Below are positions 33,501 through 45,800 of a stretch of DNA of 64,000 nt, piece after piece. The translations under genes and the position numbers were made by a program. Position 1 is the first letter of the stretch; the number at the start of each line of letters is the position of its first letter. A model generated the notes under the pieces. It was given only the letters and a program-made list of their open reading frames with translations, made no database searches and was not told the origin of the DNA. The stretch covers positions 1 to 64,000 of the forward strand of contig JAAILG010001555.1 of NCBI GenBank assembly GCA_012026655.1, written 5' to 3'. The stretch is from Hydrolagus affinis. Lineage: Eukaryota.

Positions 33501-36500
33501 TTTCAACAACCTCTTCGCCTTGGATAATCAAGTTCTGCAAGCTTTGTGGTGTGTTTCAAGTCCTATGCTGGTGCTGTGAAGATTTTCATGTTCAATATCT
33601 ACTTCAAAAACTTTTTTTTAAAGTCTTTTAACAATGTATTACTTATGCAACAGAAGCCTTTTCGTTTGTATGTGCATACAGGAATGTAAGATTGATAAGC
33701 AGAACACTGAATTTCCTTTCACACTTGCATCATGGTAAATGTTTTTTTTGCGAGGAACTGAACTCAAGACGAGTACATTGTGTTACAATTAAGCCTAAAT
33801 ATATTAAGTACTTCTATATTAATAGCGCTCTTTGAATTCACTAAAAATACTAATTCCATTTAGTGATGTAATACAGTAGCTCTTCTGAAATTACATTTCA
33901 GAAATCAAGCTTGTATTCATTGTGAAATATCAGCCAGCTGAAAATTTTGAATATCATTTATTCAAGAATGCAGAAAATAGTCAGGGTGTTAAAAAAAATT
34001 AACTGGATAATGTTAATGCCTATAGACTTATATTAACACAATTATATGCAGATGATGCTTAAAATTGTGCTTTCTTAAATGGTATATTTTAAATTTATGA
34101 AGCCTAATGATATTTATATTAGAACATACATTCTGGCAGATATGACAGCTTTCCTTAATTTATAAAATTTAATTAGTGTGCTTAATGTAACACCACAGAC
34201 ACAGCGAGTATAGTCTTATCTTCAAAGCAACGTACATGATAGACACATTTGTTCAATCTTTTTGATTTTCTGATGCAATACAATTTAGATTCCTTTTTCA
34301 TATATATTTTTACAATACTGCAGTTGGACAGCCACCTACAGATTACAGTTATGTTATTACTTACTTATGCAACCAGCTTTAGAATCATTTGCTTTTTTTT
34401 CCCGTCCCCATCGGAGCCAACGGCCTACGGCAAGAACTCCATTGCCTCTTACTTAATTGCTTCTTAAACCTAACAGTGAATTACATTAAGTGTAATTTCA
34501 TTGCCGTCAGATCTCAGTGAGTTAGCAGCAGACAGAGGTGCCATGTTTGCCACAGGAGCTCTCTTTCTCTGGTTCATTGGCTACATCCGGGTGGGATGTG
34601 TTTTCCTAAAGTAATTCAGGAGAATCTCTCCTTTGAAGAGGAACAGATGTAGATTTACATATCTGGAGGACTCTGGCCTCTGATGAGATTAACTTGAGTT
34701 TTAAAACCCGACTCGAAGGTGCATATTTAATAACCCCCTAAAGCAAGCCTCTGTGAAACTGCTAGCCCTAAGAGACTGGGGCAGAGAGGAGAAAGGGAGG
34801 AGATGTCATCATATGCTTTGTGGCAGCAACATAATCAACACTGAAATTAGGCCAACAATAGTGACAACTAACAGATATATTCCGAATGAGCAGAGTCTAT
34901 CAAGAACAGCGCAGACCGACCACAGAGACACTTGTTTTGGTTCAGTGATATAAGTAATCATTCTTTGTGGAATTTATGCAGGGCGAGCTAGTTAAGCAAA
35001 TCATTTGCATCTGATTGTTAATTTGGAATACAGCAATATTATTTTTGATCGGAATTATGGATATGCAAAAAAAAGCATTAAAATTCCTTCCATTTCAACG
35101 GGGAGGGTGAATAAAACAAGATTCATGTCGTGGCCCAAAAGTCTTAACCCTTTCACGACTGAAGAGCGTTTTAGAATTTTCTTCTTTGTAAAAACCTTTT
35201 TTAAAAAAATTAGAATTAGATAATCATACATTGAATTCGCTGCTCCTCCGGGATAGATGACCATATTTTTTGCTTGTTAAGGTACATAGGATTGTCGGTT
35301 GGTTTTGCTCAATTCAGGTGCACATATTGAAGCAACGTCCTACACACGGTTTCAGTTACCATGTTGCAAAGGTACATGGTGTACTGGGCCAGTCCACTAA
35401 TGTCCCTCGTGGGTGACTGTAACAAGCCAGTTGAATAAAAATTGAGGGCAGCGGTCACTTTGATTGCCAGTGGCGGTGCTGTTCGGATGGTTGAGTGACC
35501 CTGTAAGGTCTCCCTGGAACAGCTGGTACTCAGCTCTGCCGCAGCCTCCCTGGTCAGCCGCCGCGTAACTCAACGAGATTGCTGAAATGAGCAACTTGAG
35601 GAATATTTTGCCCTTGATCTTAACGGAGTTTAGCATAACTTCTGCCACGACACAAAATACAGTGACGCTCATCATAATGAGACATCTGCCTCCGAAGGAA
35701 AACACGTTCCTGTTTGATTCCAGCACGCCTCCTGTAGGCTGTCTATGATATAGTGTCAATAGTGATTTCACGTATTGCCTACAGCTGACTCGGAACAGGA
35801 GGAGGGGGGTGGCTGGAAAGAAGAACGTTTAAGTCGGGTGATGCAACTGTGAAACCATATGTACATATGAGAAATGTGCAGGCAAACCATACTTATCACG
35901 TCTTGAGTACATGATAAGGCGCTATATCAAATCAAGGATTATTATTACTGTATTTAGGTCAGGCTCAATTATCAGTATTTTCTGTGAAGTTGATGTTTTC
36001 TGTTTCATGCTTGCTTTGCGTGTTTGATTTTAATTGTGTTTTAGTTGCTAGTTTTAAAAGTAAATAAACTGCTCTCTGTCGATGCATTCCTTTCATGGAC
36101 AGTTTTTGTTTGAAACCTCGGCTCTGTTTCGATGTGCCGGTCTCCTGCACATGAATTTGACTTGGAAAGCAACAGAAGGCTGTTGAGTTCTAGCCGATTC
36201 AACTTTATCAGGAAGACGATTTCACAGGTCAAGAATGCCCTAAAATGTGTAACCTACTGCAACAATCTCACGTCTGTGACTTAATGAATAGCAATGTCAC
36301 ACTAATACAGCGGGGTGTATTTGCTCATCTGAGCTTCAGGTTCATACTGCATTCCTTCAGCAATAATGGAAGGCATAGCGTTGGCAGTGAGTGGAGCTGT
36401 AGCTGTCCTGTGAGGGCATTAGATCATAGGGAAATCAATACCAGTTGCTGCGATCGGCTACTATAGCATTGTGTAACCCCAGACTTCTTTGGGAGAATGT

Positions 36501-37847
36501 GGCTTTGGAACCTTTAATTCTATTGCTTTTGTTTCCAAGTGATTAATAACAATAATGAACCTGAACCAAATGCATTATATCAGGATTTTTAACCGTCCCA
36601 GTGACTGGTTGACTGCATTGCTTTTCGCCTTGTATTCAAGCCATTACTGCTTCAATAAAATCCTAATGAATGAATGAATGTTCTCTCGTTCATTGTTGCG
36701 CAATAAACTTGCAATTGAATTTGAAGTTTGGAGGTAATTTTTTTTGGTGAAGAGTTCAAATATTAATAGGAAGCAATGTGGCAAAGGTCAGTTTGTATGT
36801 GTGGTGAAAAGAGTAGAATTGGGATCTGGGATATCATGAATTACAGATGGGGGTTTGTAAACCCAAATCATTTAACAACACAGTACAATATTCTGTGTTG
36901 CAGGCTGTCCACCTTGCTAATTCTGCCCCAATGTGAAATGGTGGCACCCCAGCTCCCATAGTGTTAATTATTATAATTCCAATATATTGAAGTCTAATAT
37001 GTAGTGAATCTTTAACAGGGAATCTGAATGGGAGCAGGAAGTAAGTTGAGCCAAAACGAGCTGAACATGGCCTTGAATATCAAATTGGTCTTTATTTAAA
37101 AATTGCATTTGGAATCACTGCATTTTTATACCCCAGTATACTGATCTAAGTATAAATAGTTCAGTGCATTTGCTATTCTGAAGTATAGATGTGACTAAAA
37201 TAAACTGTGCCTTCTAAGCTAACCCCGCAAGCGTTAATGCAGTCGTGTATCTCATTCTCTAGCTCCAATATATTTAACAAGCAGTGAAACGAAGGTTACA
37301 TTAAGCAGTTCACTGGTTGGTTTGTGGGCAAAGCAGAAGAGAGAATAAATGAAGATAAGGCTCAAACTCCATAAATTTCTCATGCAGGTGTGGGAGTGCA
37401 TTACTGTCAATTTTGAGGGCTGTTGTTTTTATATTAAGTACTTTCATACCATACAGAATGCTCAGTGAAAATAGCTACCTTCACATCATCTTGTCCCTAA
37501 AGCATTAATGTACTGTTACTTGTATATTAATGTTTAATCATCTCTTCTGACATATTTTAGGCTTTGAAAGAAAATTATTGGACACGGTACAGATTTCGCA
37601 CTATGGTGAAAACTACAGACATAATATATTATGTACAATCCTATCTTATGCATTTCAAGTATCTGGCCTAATAACTGGCATGTAATATTGAACTGAAGAG
37701 TAGTCATATGATTACTTCAAAGCAAATGAAAGTAATATGTTCTGCCTCATTCTTCAGACCGCAGATCTATTCTCCCTTAAGAATTAAAACTTAAGAGCAG
37801 CTTGTCACCCTAACCATCCAATTTATAAACACAAACTCCACAAATGT

Positions 37848-38130
37848 GGAGTCATGTAGCTCAGTGGTTAGAGCACTTGCCTTGCAAGTGAGAGACCTGG
37901 GTTCATTTCCAGGCAGGGCGAAACCTTGGGCAAGTTTCCTCACTCAACACGCCTGATAATAAATAATCCCTCAACATAAACAATAATAAATTGGTCATCT
38001 CAATCTACGACTGTTTGTGGGACACTGCTGTGTGCAATTGGCTGCTGCATTTTGCCCACGAAATATACAGTCAATGTACTTTACAGTATATTCTGTGAAG
38101 TGCTTTGAAACATCTAGCAAATTTGATAAT
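37848..38130 (+). mobile_element. tRNA/CORE/Deu SINE, subfamily without the head duplication
   Basis: GGAGTCATGTAGCTCAGTGGTTAGAGCACTTGCCTTGCAAGTGAGAGACCTGGGTTCATTTCC, with a body matching the young copies. Confidence 0.92.
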
Positions 38131-38167
38131 TATAATAAGAATACAGCACAGTAACGAGACAACCTAA

Positions 38168-38726
38168 ATGGTTACCATCAAAATGGTATGTGATGGAGCC
38201 GCAATTTATAAACCAGAAGCTTTAGCTGATTTGATTCTTGGTCCTTGCTGAGTTTGCTTGTCTTAGCCGGGGCTGCAGCAGGAGGCTAAATTCAGCTCAG
38301 ATTCTTGGCTGGATTAATGAGGGGAAAACCTGCTAAGGTTCCTGCTCTTGGTCTCTCTACAGCACCCTCTATCAGATGTGCAAGAGTGTGGCAGGAGGGT
38401 GGGGAGACTTCAGGCTCTGTAATGATATTCCGTACCAGTGGTGGCCAAACCTTTTTGGTCGACCAACCAAATAAATGTTCTTGACTGAATATTTCTTGGT
38501 TTGTGGCTGTGCCCTGGACATTGCCATTCAGTAGCTGAGAAACAAAGCATTGATTCGGAACGGATTTATTTGCCTCGACCAGTGCAAATGTTTGATGGGC
38601 TCCTTCTTGATAACCACATGGGCCATGGGTTGCCATCACTATCCAATACAGTCAAGTGTTGTGTAAACGTATAACTACCAAGGCTCATACCTAAATGAGG
38701 GCTAACATTGGATGGGGCACCAGAAG
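38168..38726 (+). mobile_element. AmnSINE2-like ancient SINE interrupted by a hAT MITE
   Basis: TGGTCCTTGCTGAGTTTGCTTGTCTTAGCCGGGGC...GAGGGGAAAACCTGCTAAGGTTCCTGCTCTTG and, after the MITE, AAGGCTCATACCTAAATG resemble my recollection of the AmnSINE2 consensus. Related pieces are at 30395 and 62444. Confidence 0.55.
38436..38641 (+). mobile_element. about 206-bp non-autonomous hAT-Charlie-like MITE
   Basis: TIRs CAGTGGTGGCCAAACC ... GGGTTGCCATCACTA. Flanking 8-mers TTCCGTAC and TCCAATAC match at 5/8, consistent with a decayed 8-bp TSD. A second partial copy is at 2809-2885. Confidence 0.8.
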
Positions 38727-41700
38727 AAATCTAGCATCTCTGGGACATTAGACCAGGAGAAGAAAGGTATATATACCAGGGCAGAAAATTAGAAAAAAAA
38801 TAATTGGAAACTAAATTTACATTAAAAAAAGACAGTAACATGTTCTGGGAACCCTTTCTAGGTACAAATCTGAATTGTTTTCTTGTCTTACAGTAATCAG
38901 TAAGCTGTGGCTAAAGACTTTTACAGCTCTGATTTTAAACGTATCTCAGGCCACAACACCAAACTGGCCCTATTCCCATTATTTTTTGTGGTAAATATCC
39001 ACACTCTCATAAATTCTAAACAAGAGTATCAACCAGTAAGAAGCACTCGACTCATGACTACATGACCATAGGTTCGCATTGGAACTATTATACTGTCGTA
39101 CGTACACGATGAATTCATTTGTAAGTGCTTACACACTGCTTTATGAGATGACTCATTTGGGGACAATTTGTAACCTGAGTTCTGAAGAATGCTAACCGCT
39201 TATTCATGACCACAAGTGGAATTTTCCCTGTAAACTATGAACCTACATGAGGTGATTACTGGAGGTTGTGTTTACACAGGAATGCGAGGGATCACTTTGT
39301 GGCACCATCTAGTGAGAAGCCGTGTCATTCGCCATTCAATATCATTGTTGAGTAAATCATGATTAGCGTTCACACTGGAATTTTAATTTAAAAAAATTAC
39401 AGTAACACCAAAAATGCATCCTAATACTTGCATTTGATACAACACCAGAAAGAAGTCCTGAAGAGCTTCACAGGGTTTACTCTGACATGTTGTGAAATGT
39501 ATTTTGTGTACAGATGCCTAGAGTAGATATTACACTAAATGGTCCAGCAGGTTTCAAGTTAGAATTGAGACAGAGTAGCTTATTGAAAGGTGAGGTAAAA
39601 TCTCTAGCTATGGTGTCCAATTCCAGCTTAATCATTTAGAATGGTTATTGGCACTTGGATGCTGTACACCAAATAATTATTTCAAATAAAGGTAACTATT
39701 TTTGATGATTAATACAGGCTGTTTAGAATTTTGTATTGTCTCTTTGAGTTTCCTTTCCTGATCCACATTCTTACATTTTTTTCTGAAATGTGTAAAAATG
39801 CAGCATTAACTTTTCAGCCAAATTATAAATGGCTCCTGACATTGAGTCAGATTTGGGGATTTTACTCAGTGACATCATTGTTGAACAGACTTCCACTGGT
39901 TAACTCTGGGACCTTCCTTGCAATCTCCTAAACTGCATCTCATTGTTCTTTAAATATCAAATTTTTTTCTTCCTTCCAGATAAATGGGCATAATGAGGAC
40001 AAATCATAATTTGCTGATTTAAGGACGAGGAATGGCAATAAAGAGTGTTTTGAAATATTACAAAATAGCCTGTCTGTATTAATTATGTTCTTTTAAGGCC
40101 ACTTAGGATGTGAATCAACATCCTTCAGGCAAAATAAGTGAATTATACATCTGCTGGCTAACGGGAACAGATAACAATATCTCATCAGGAAGACCTACAC
40201 AACTTTCTTCTTTCTTCCCCAAATGTCAAATGTAATTATTTTGAAAAGCCACAACATCTATTTCTACAATTCCCAAGCAAATTCTGACATTGTTCATATT
40301 TATATTCATCTAGTTTTTTTTTGGTTGGGCATCGGTCTGCCTGGTTTTCTGATTCAAAATAAACTGGTTTAAAACACAAAAAGAAGGCTTAGCTGTGGCC
40401 TAAATTTGAAAGAGTTTGAAAAGAGCTTTTCGTTTGAAAGAGACTCCTTGTCTACAGTTATTTTAAAGAAATCGATCATCAACTGAAGGAAACCAGCTGG
40501 AAATCACTCTAGCCTGGTGAAGAAGAGGAACAAAGAGTAAACATTTGGAGTGATTAGACTGAACCAGGGCTCTTAACACACTGAAAAACAATCATACCAT
40601 TTGTATTGTTTCAGCAGAAGTTCATAGAAGGCAGGAAATTATGATTAATGCAGGAAATAATCCACAAAATCTCAAGTTTAACATTGCATCATACAATTTG
40701 TAAGAGAGCTATTGTTTCGTTTTACAAAGCGACCCAATTTATAACTCAATGGAAAACTTTTTTTCCAGTTCACCCTGTATGTACAGGGAAGATGAGGATT
40801 CAGTACCTGGGTTTCTCAACAATCACTGAAGTTGTGATGAACAAGGTTGAACCATTTTGATCCTGTACACTGTATGCGTTGACAGCAGGTGGCTTGGGTA
40901 AACCTGGGCTATTACTATGGTGTTGTGATCAATTTATTTCAGGATATTTCAATCCGTTGCCTTAAGTCTTTCTCAACAATCTACTCTTTGACCCATTCCT
41001 CTACTTTGGGCTCCGCATGCTTGCATTCTTGTGTGAAGGGAGATTCATTTTTGATTGACGGGTGTGATAAGAAGATATCAAGGTTGCCAATCAAATTCAC
41101 AGTTCTTCACATGGGAATGTAAATTTCTGTCCAAAGTCTGTTTAGATGCCCCAAGAGGCTTAGAAGTAGCTGTCTGAAGTTGTTTATTTGCAAGTGAAAA
41201 GCTTATGCAAACATCTCCTTCCATAGTGTTGCTGGAATTAGGTGTGAATAAAGCTTAAATCATAGATAAACATGATAATCTGCTCAGTGGATACTTGGAA
41301 TGAGGTGTGAATTTCTACTTTTCTAATTACTTTCAAATTAAAAGATGTGAATTGTGCATCTTCAATAATGTTACGAAATGATCAGATGTAATAAACTTGC
41401 AACTTTCACATTTCTTACATTTATGTTCCTGAACTTAACTTTCTAAACTTCATCGCTTAATTTTTGGTTTTATTTTCTATTAATGATTACAGAATTCAGA
41501 TTTCTTGTTGAAGCTTTTTTTCCATTCAGATTCCATTTCAACCTAGCAGTGAGTTTAGTTGTAGTTTCCTGTGTATATTTTGGCACAATGTTGGATTACT
41601 GGCCTCTGACGGGATACAAAGAGTTAAGAGTCTAAGCATCTGAAGATCAGATTGTCAATCACATGGTTGTAGAATCTTGTTTTCCACAGTCATGCCTTGG

Positions 41701-44518
41701 GGTAGACAGCAGAGGTGAGGGCAAAAGAGTTGACTACAGCATGCAAAAGCTTTTAACTTTTTTTAAAGCTTTGATAAATTCTAGGCTTGCTGAATAAACC
41801 AGGTTTTGAATCCTCTGTTTGTGCACCAGAAGGTCAGGATTACTGTCCTACGATTTTACTTGGTTCAAGTAAACTCATTGAGAATGTTTGTTACCATAAC
41901 ATTACTTTTGTTGGCTCCTCATTCCCTATCTTTTTTTAATCCTCAAATTTACCATGCACTTTTCACTTTTGCACAATTTCTTTTGCTGGTTTCACTTCCA
42001 CAATTCTTCCCCCTGATCCCAACCCACCCCACCGAAAGGCTTTGATTTATGCAGAATAGCGGATATGTGAAACAGACTCTCAAAAACAGTTGCTGCCACA
42101 TCTCTTCCTAACTTCAAATTCCATCATTGCTCTTCCCTTGCATGATACATTTGTTCTTTTATGTGTGTATTTTTGCTCCATGTTCTTGTCTGCCCTCCTC
42201 TCCCCTCTCCTTCTGTATTGTGTTTCTTCCAGCTGCCCAATCTTCCTAGGCCATGCTCGATCCATGATGGGCGAAACTTGAAATGTTATGTCTGAGCAGA
42301 CAGCATATTTTCATTTTATCTTAACATGTTCATATGAATGGCTCACTGGGGATAAGGTGGCTTACACTAGGGATACATGTATTTTCTATCAGCAAGGAAC
42401 TAATAAACCATGATGTTCTTATCAGAAATTATGGTACAGCTAACTCTTTGAAAGAAGAAATGTTACAAAATAATCTTGCTCGAGACTTCCTATAGCTAGC
42501 AAATTTTAGGATTAAACGACCAAATAATATTCCGAATTTTTTCCTTTATCTTCAGCCACTGCTCTTTTCTTGGAGTCAAATTTAGCACCTTAAATTTCTG
42601 TGAGTTCTGTGTTTTCTATCCTTTTTCGTACAAGCAGCAGTTTGCTTCATCTTAACTGAAAAATAAACTGAGTCCAATTTGCGTTGTTTCTTGACCGGAT
42701 TCTTCAATCCGAAATTTGAATTGTGCAAATTTGTACTCCTTTCCAGTAACTGGAACTATGTCACATTTTCCTATGGGCAAGTGACAGGAATTCTAAAGGG
42801 ATAGCTTAATTTGCAATCCTATAAAGAAAAGCAACCTATTAGTTACCATCATTTCTAAAAAGGGACAACAGAAAAATGTATTTTGACAGACTTGTCTGAG
42901 CTTTGCAAAGAGGAATATTAAAGGAGAGACCCATATTTATTTTCACTCACTCTTGCTAAATATTCACTGAGTATTCAGTTTTTAACAGTAAAAAAGCCAG
43001 CTTCTGCCTTTTGACACCAAATGTTTAATGATCTCAATTTGTCCAATGGTACTGACAGACAAAGATCCCAAACAATCACTTTGCTGCATGTTGAAGCATT
43101 TCAAGTTGCTATGTAATGACTGAAACTGTACCAAAAATACATTACAAGATATTCTATTGGAAAATCACCTGGGATCCTACAGAACATGTAAAAGGTTTTC
43201 AGAATTTTTTTTCTGGAATATTAAGATAAAATATAAATCCCATTTAATTGAATATGTTTCCATAAAATTAGTACAAAAATCCCATAATATTTTTTAAGGT
43301 TGTCATTCGAGAGCATTTCCTGAGCTGCACCTTGGCTATATCAATAAGGCTTTAGTTACAGAAATTCAGTTAATTAATGTGCAGTCATTTTGAAATGACA
43401 CTGCATCCCTGGTGCAGAGCCAGAACATTGTATTCTCTTCAGTTCTGACAGAAAGCAAAGATGAAATATTAATGTAGGCCTGCTCCTTTGCTCTCACCAC
43501 AGAGAGGTGGTTGGAGAGACTGCATTCCTGCAGCCAAACCAGCTTTAATTAATCAGGTCACTTTCTTTTTCAGCCTAGCTCAGATGTTCTTCATCCCCAC
43601 AGTGAACAACATACCTGAGAATTCAATCGAAAACTGTCCAACTAATTTCCTCCACAATCCATTGTTCCCTGTGAAGAGCAACCTCTTTTGGCATTCATTT
43701 GGAGAGCTTGGGTGTTACACTATCCATCTACCGATGCTTCGCTTGCTAACACTCGTATCTCAAACCTGTAAAATAAAAGAACAAAATAAGTTCATACCGG
43801 CAGAATAAGCATTGGCAGCCAAATTCCTCCTGTGAGGAGCAGTTAAAGCCATTCCATTAATTTATTAAGTCATTCATTGGAAGCCATTCTCACGATCATA
43901 TTTGCAAGCTGTTGTGTGAATAATTTACATCATTTTAGCTGTCTTGTTAGTGATAATCAGGAGACCCACTTACTCTACCTGATCTCCTTTGCTTTCATAT
44001 GCTACATGTCATCGGTTCTCTACATGCCTTGTCGTTCCAGCAAATTTCATTCGAGTTTCTTTATACCGTAGAGAGCTATGGCACTGAAACAATAACACCT
44101 ACATTACATTCCTAATTTTGTCCTGAACAAGTAAATGCTCAACTTTATCACCTTCAGGATTACAAATTTGCAAAAAAAAAATTGCAGAGTACAAACAGCA
44201 GTGAGCATTCAGATTTTGAAAGCTGCTTAGGCAAATTTGACAAAGGACAGATTACCAAAGCCTTCCAGTACCTCGTGAAAACATTATCAGGCTTCCTATT
44301 TAATTCAAATAAAATACAAAGAACCTTTCCTAAAATTACTTCTGATAGCTGTGCTACAAGATAAATATTGCATAGCCATGACGACAATAACTTGAGAGCT
44401 AATGAACAGACTAGGGACATCATGAATTCTCGTTTTACATGCTGTGGTTATTTGGTGTATTATAAATACAAAGTATTTTGTATAGAATACTGTGTTTCTT
44501 TCAGGAAGCCTTTAAATG

Positions 44519-44935
44519 TGGGGAATGGCTAGCAGAATGGGTTAACACACTTTGCTTTTAGATCTGTGTTTGAATCTAGCCCAGGCTGATACAGTAGTCT
44601 GAAGGCTTCAGGTCTCTAACTGAATTGAATTGGTGTAGTCTCTGTCTACGGTTCGGAGTGAGTGCAAATCCACAACATAAAACTGCCCATAATTCAGGAC
44701 TAATTAGTACTAAATTGGCAGCCTCAATCAGAAAGGCCATGAAGATGGCCCGTGTGAGAAAAGCTGCACAAGTACCATACAGGATGCTTTTCTCAGCCTA
44801 GGGTTTTATAGGCACTTTGCTTCCTCAGTACCTAGGGAGCTGTAACCTTCATCTAACCTGTAGTTATGGTACAGCTAGCAGAGCTCACCACTGCTGATGC
44901 TGGGACACAAAGACTCTATACCTTGCTATTGACAC
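44519..44935 (+). mobile_element. LF-SINE-like element
   Basis: tRNA-like head ending GTTTGAATCTAGCCCAGG. Body TGAATTGAATTGGTGTAGTCTCTGTC...TCCACAACATAAAACTGCCCATAATT..GACTAATTAGTACTAAATTGGCAGCCTCAATCAGAAAGGCCA is collinear with the recalled LF-SINE consensus. Confidence 0.7.
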
Positions 44936-45497
44936 CTCTAACTGTGTAAACTCATCTGTCCCTAAAATAGAAATAAAGCAGTCTTTAAATTCTTTGGCCC
45001 AAATGTTGGCAGCAAGTGTGTGTTGGGCTACTGCTGGAGTTTAATGGTCTCAAAGCGCAAAGCTTGCCATCATCGAGAGTACAACTTGGCAAACTTCTCA
45101 CTGCTTGTCCAGCTAAAACTTGTTGGGGCATTGGATTGCAGGGTTAACAGGGGCTGATTGGGAAAAATCGCTGCCCCTGAAAGGCAGGTCTGTCCTTCCA
45201 TATCCTGTCGAGGAGCCAGACTGGCTGGTCCTAGTTAAACTGAGATTTGGTCATTTCACCGAATTCGAGGTTAGAAGATCCAAGAGAACAAGACTCAAGA
45301 CGGGGTACAAATTGAGCATCCAGCCCACAATACGTAAGAAGGACTCAGTATGGCACAGCTCGAACCCTTTGGCAAACTTTTTTATGCAGCATACAGGAAT
45401 CTGGTTGTTTGTCAAGCACTCCGGGACATTACCCAACATAAAGGGCACCATATAAATGTAAGTTGTTGTTGTTTGTCAATTGGCAGATTTTCCCCGG

Positions 45498-45666
45498 GTA
45501 ATAATCCCTCCCAAAAAAATTATTCACTCAATCCACGACTGTTTGTGTGACAATTGGCTGCCGTATATCGCCCACAAAATACACTAAACAATATATTCTG
45601 TGAAGCGCTTTGAGATGTTTCAACCACATGATAAGGCGCTATATCAAATGCAAGGATTAATATTAT
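45498..45666 (+). mobile_element. 5'-truncated, internally deleted SINE, directly after a solo L2 tail (about 45412-45475)
   Basis: TAATAATCCCTCCC...CAATCCACGACTGTTTGTG...GTGAAGCGCTTTGAG...GGCGCTATATCAAATGCAAGGATTA. Confidence 0.85.
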
Positions 45667-45676
45667 AGTGGAAAAT

Positions 45677-45800
45677 TAGAGTTCAAGGCGCAATGTTGAG
45701 CAGAATAGATGAAGCTTTAACTTGCATCTGATTTGGAAGTGTTTGCCGATGCAGTACCATGTTTCAAAAAGGAAAAGGTGTTCCACTCCTTACTGACAAT
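45677..45800 (+). mobile_element. LF-SINE-like 3' fragment
   Basis: AGAGTTCAAGGCGCAATGTTGAGCAGAATAGATGAAGCTTTAACTTGCATCT parallels 44800-44860. Confidence 0.45.

Noticed and set aside
42100-42295. Pyrimidine-rich tract followed by a hammerhead-like TGATG...GAAA motif (possible Penelope relic)
   Set aside because: The catalytic core CTGATGA is not intact and the similarity is too weak to call a ribozyme or an element.
43598-43636. CACAGTG heptamers as possible V(D)J recombination signals
   Set aside because: No convincing ACAAAAACC nonamer at 12- or 23-nt spacing, and no V, D or J coding segments nearby.
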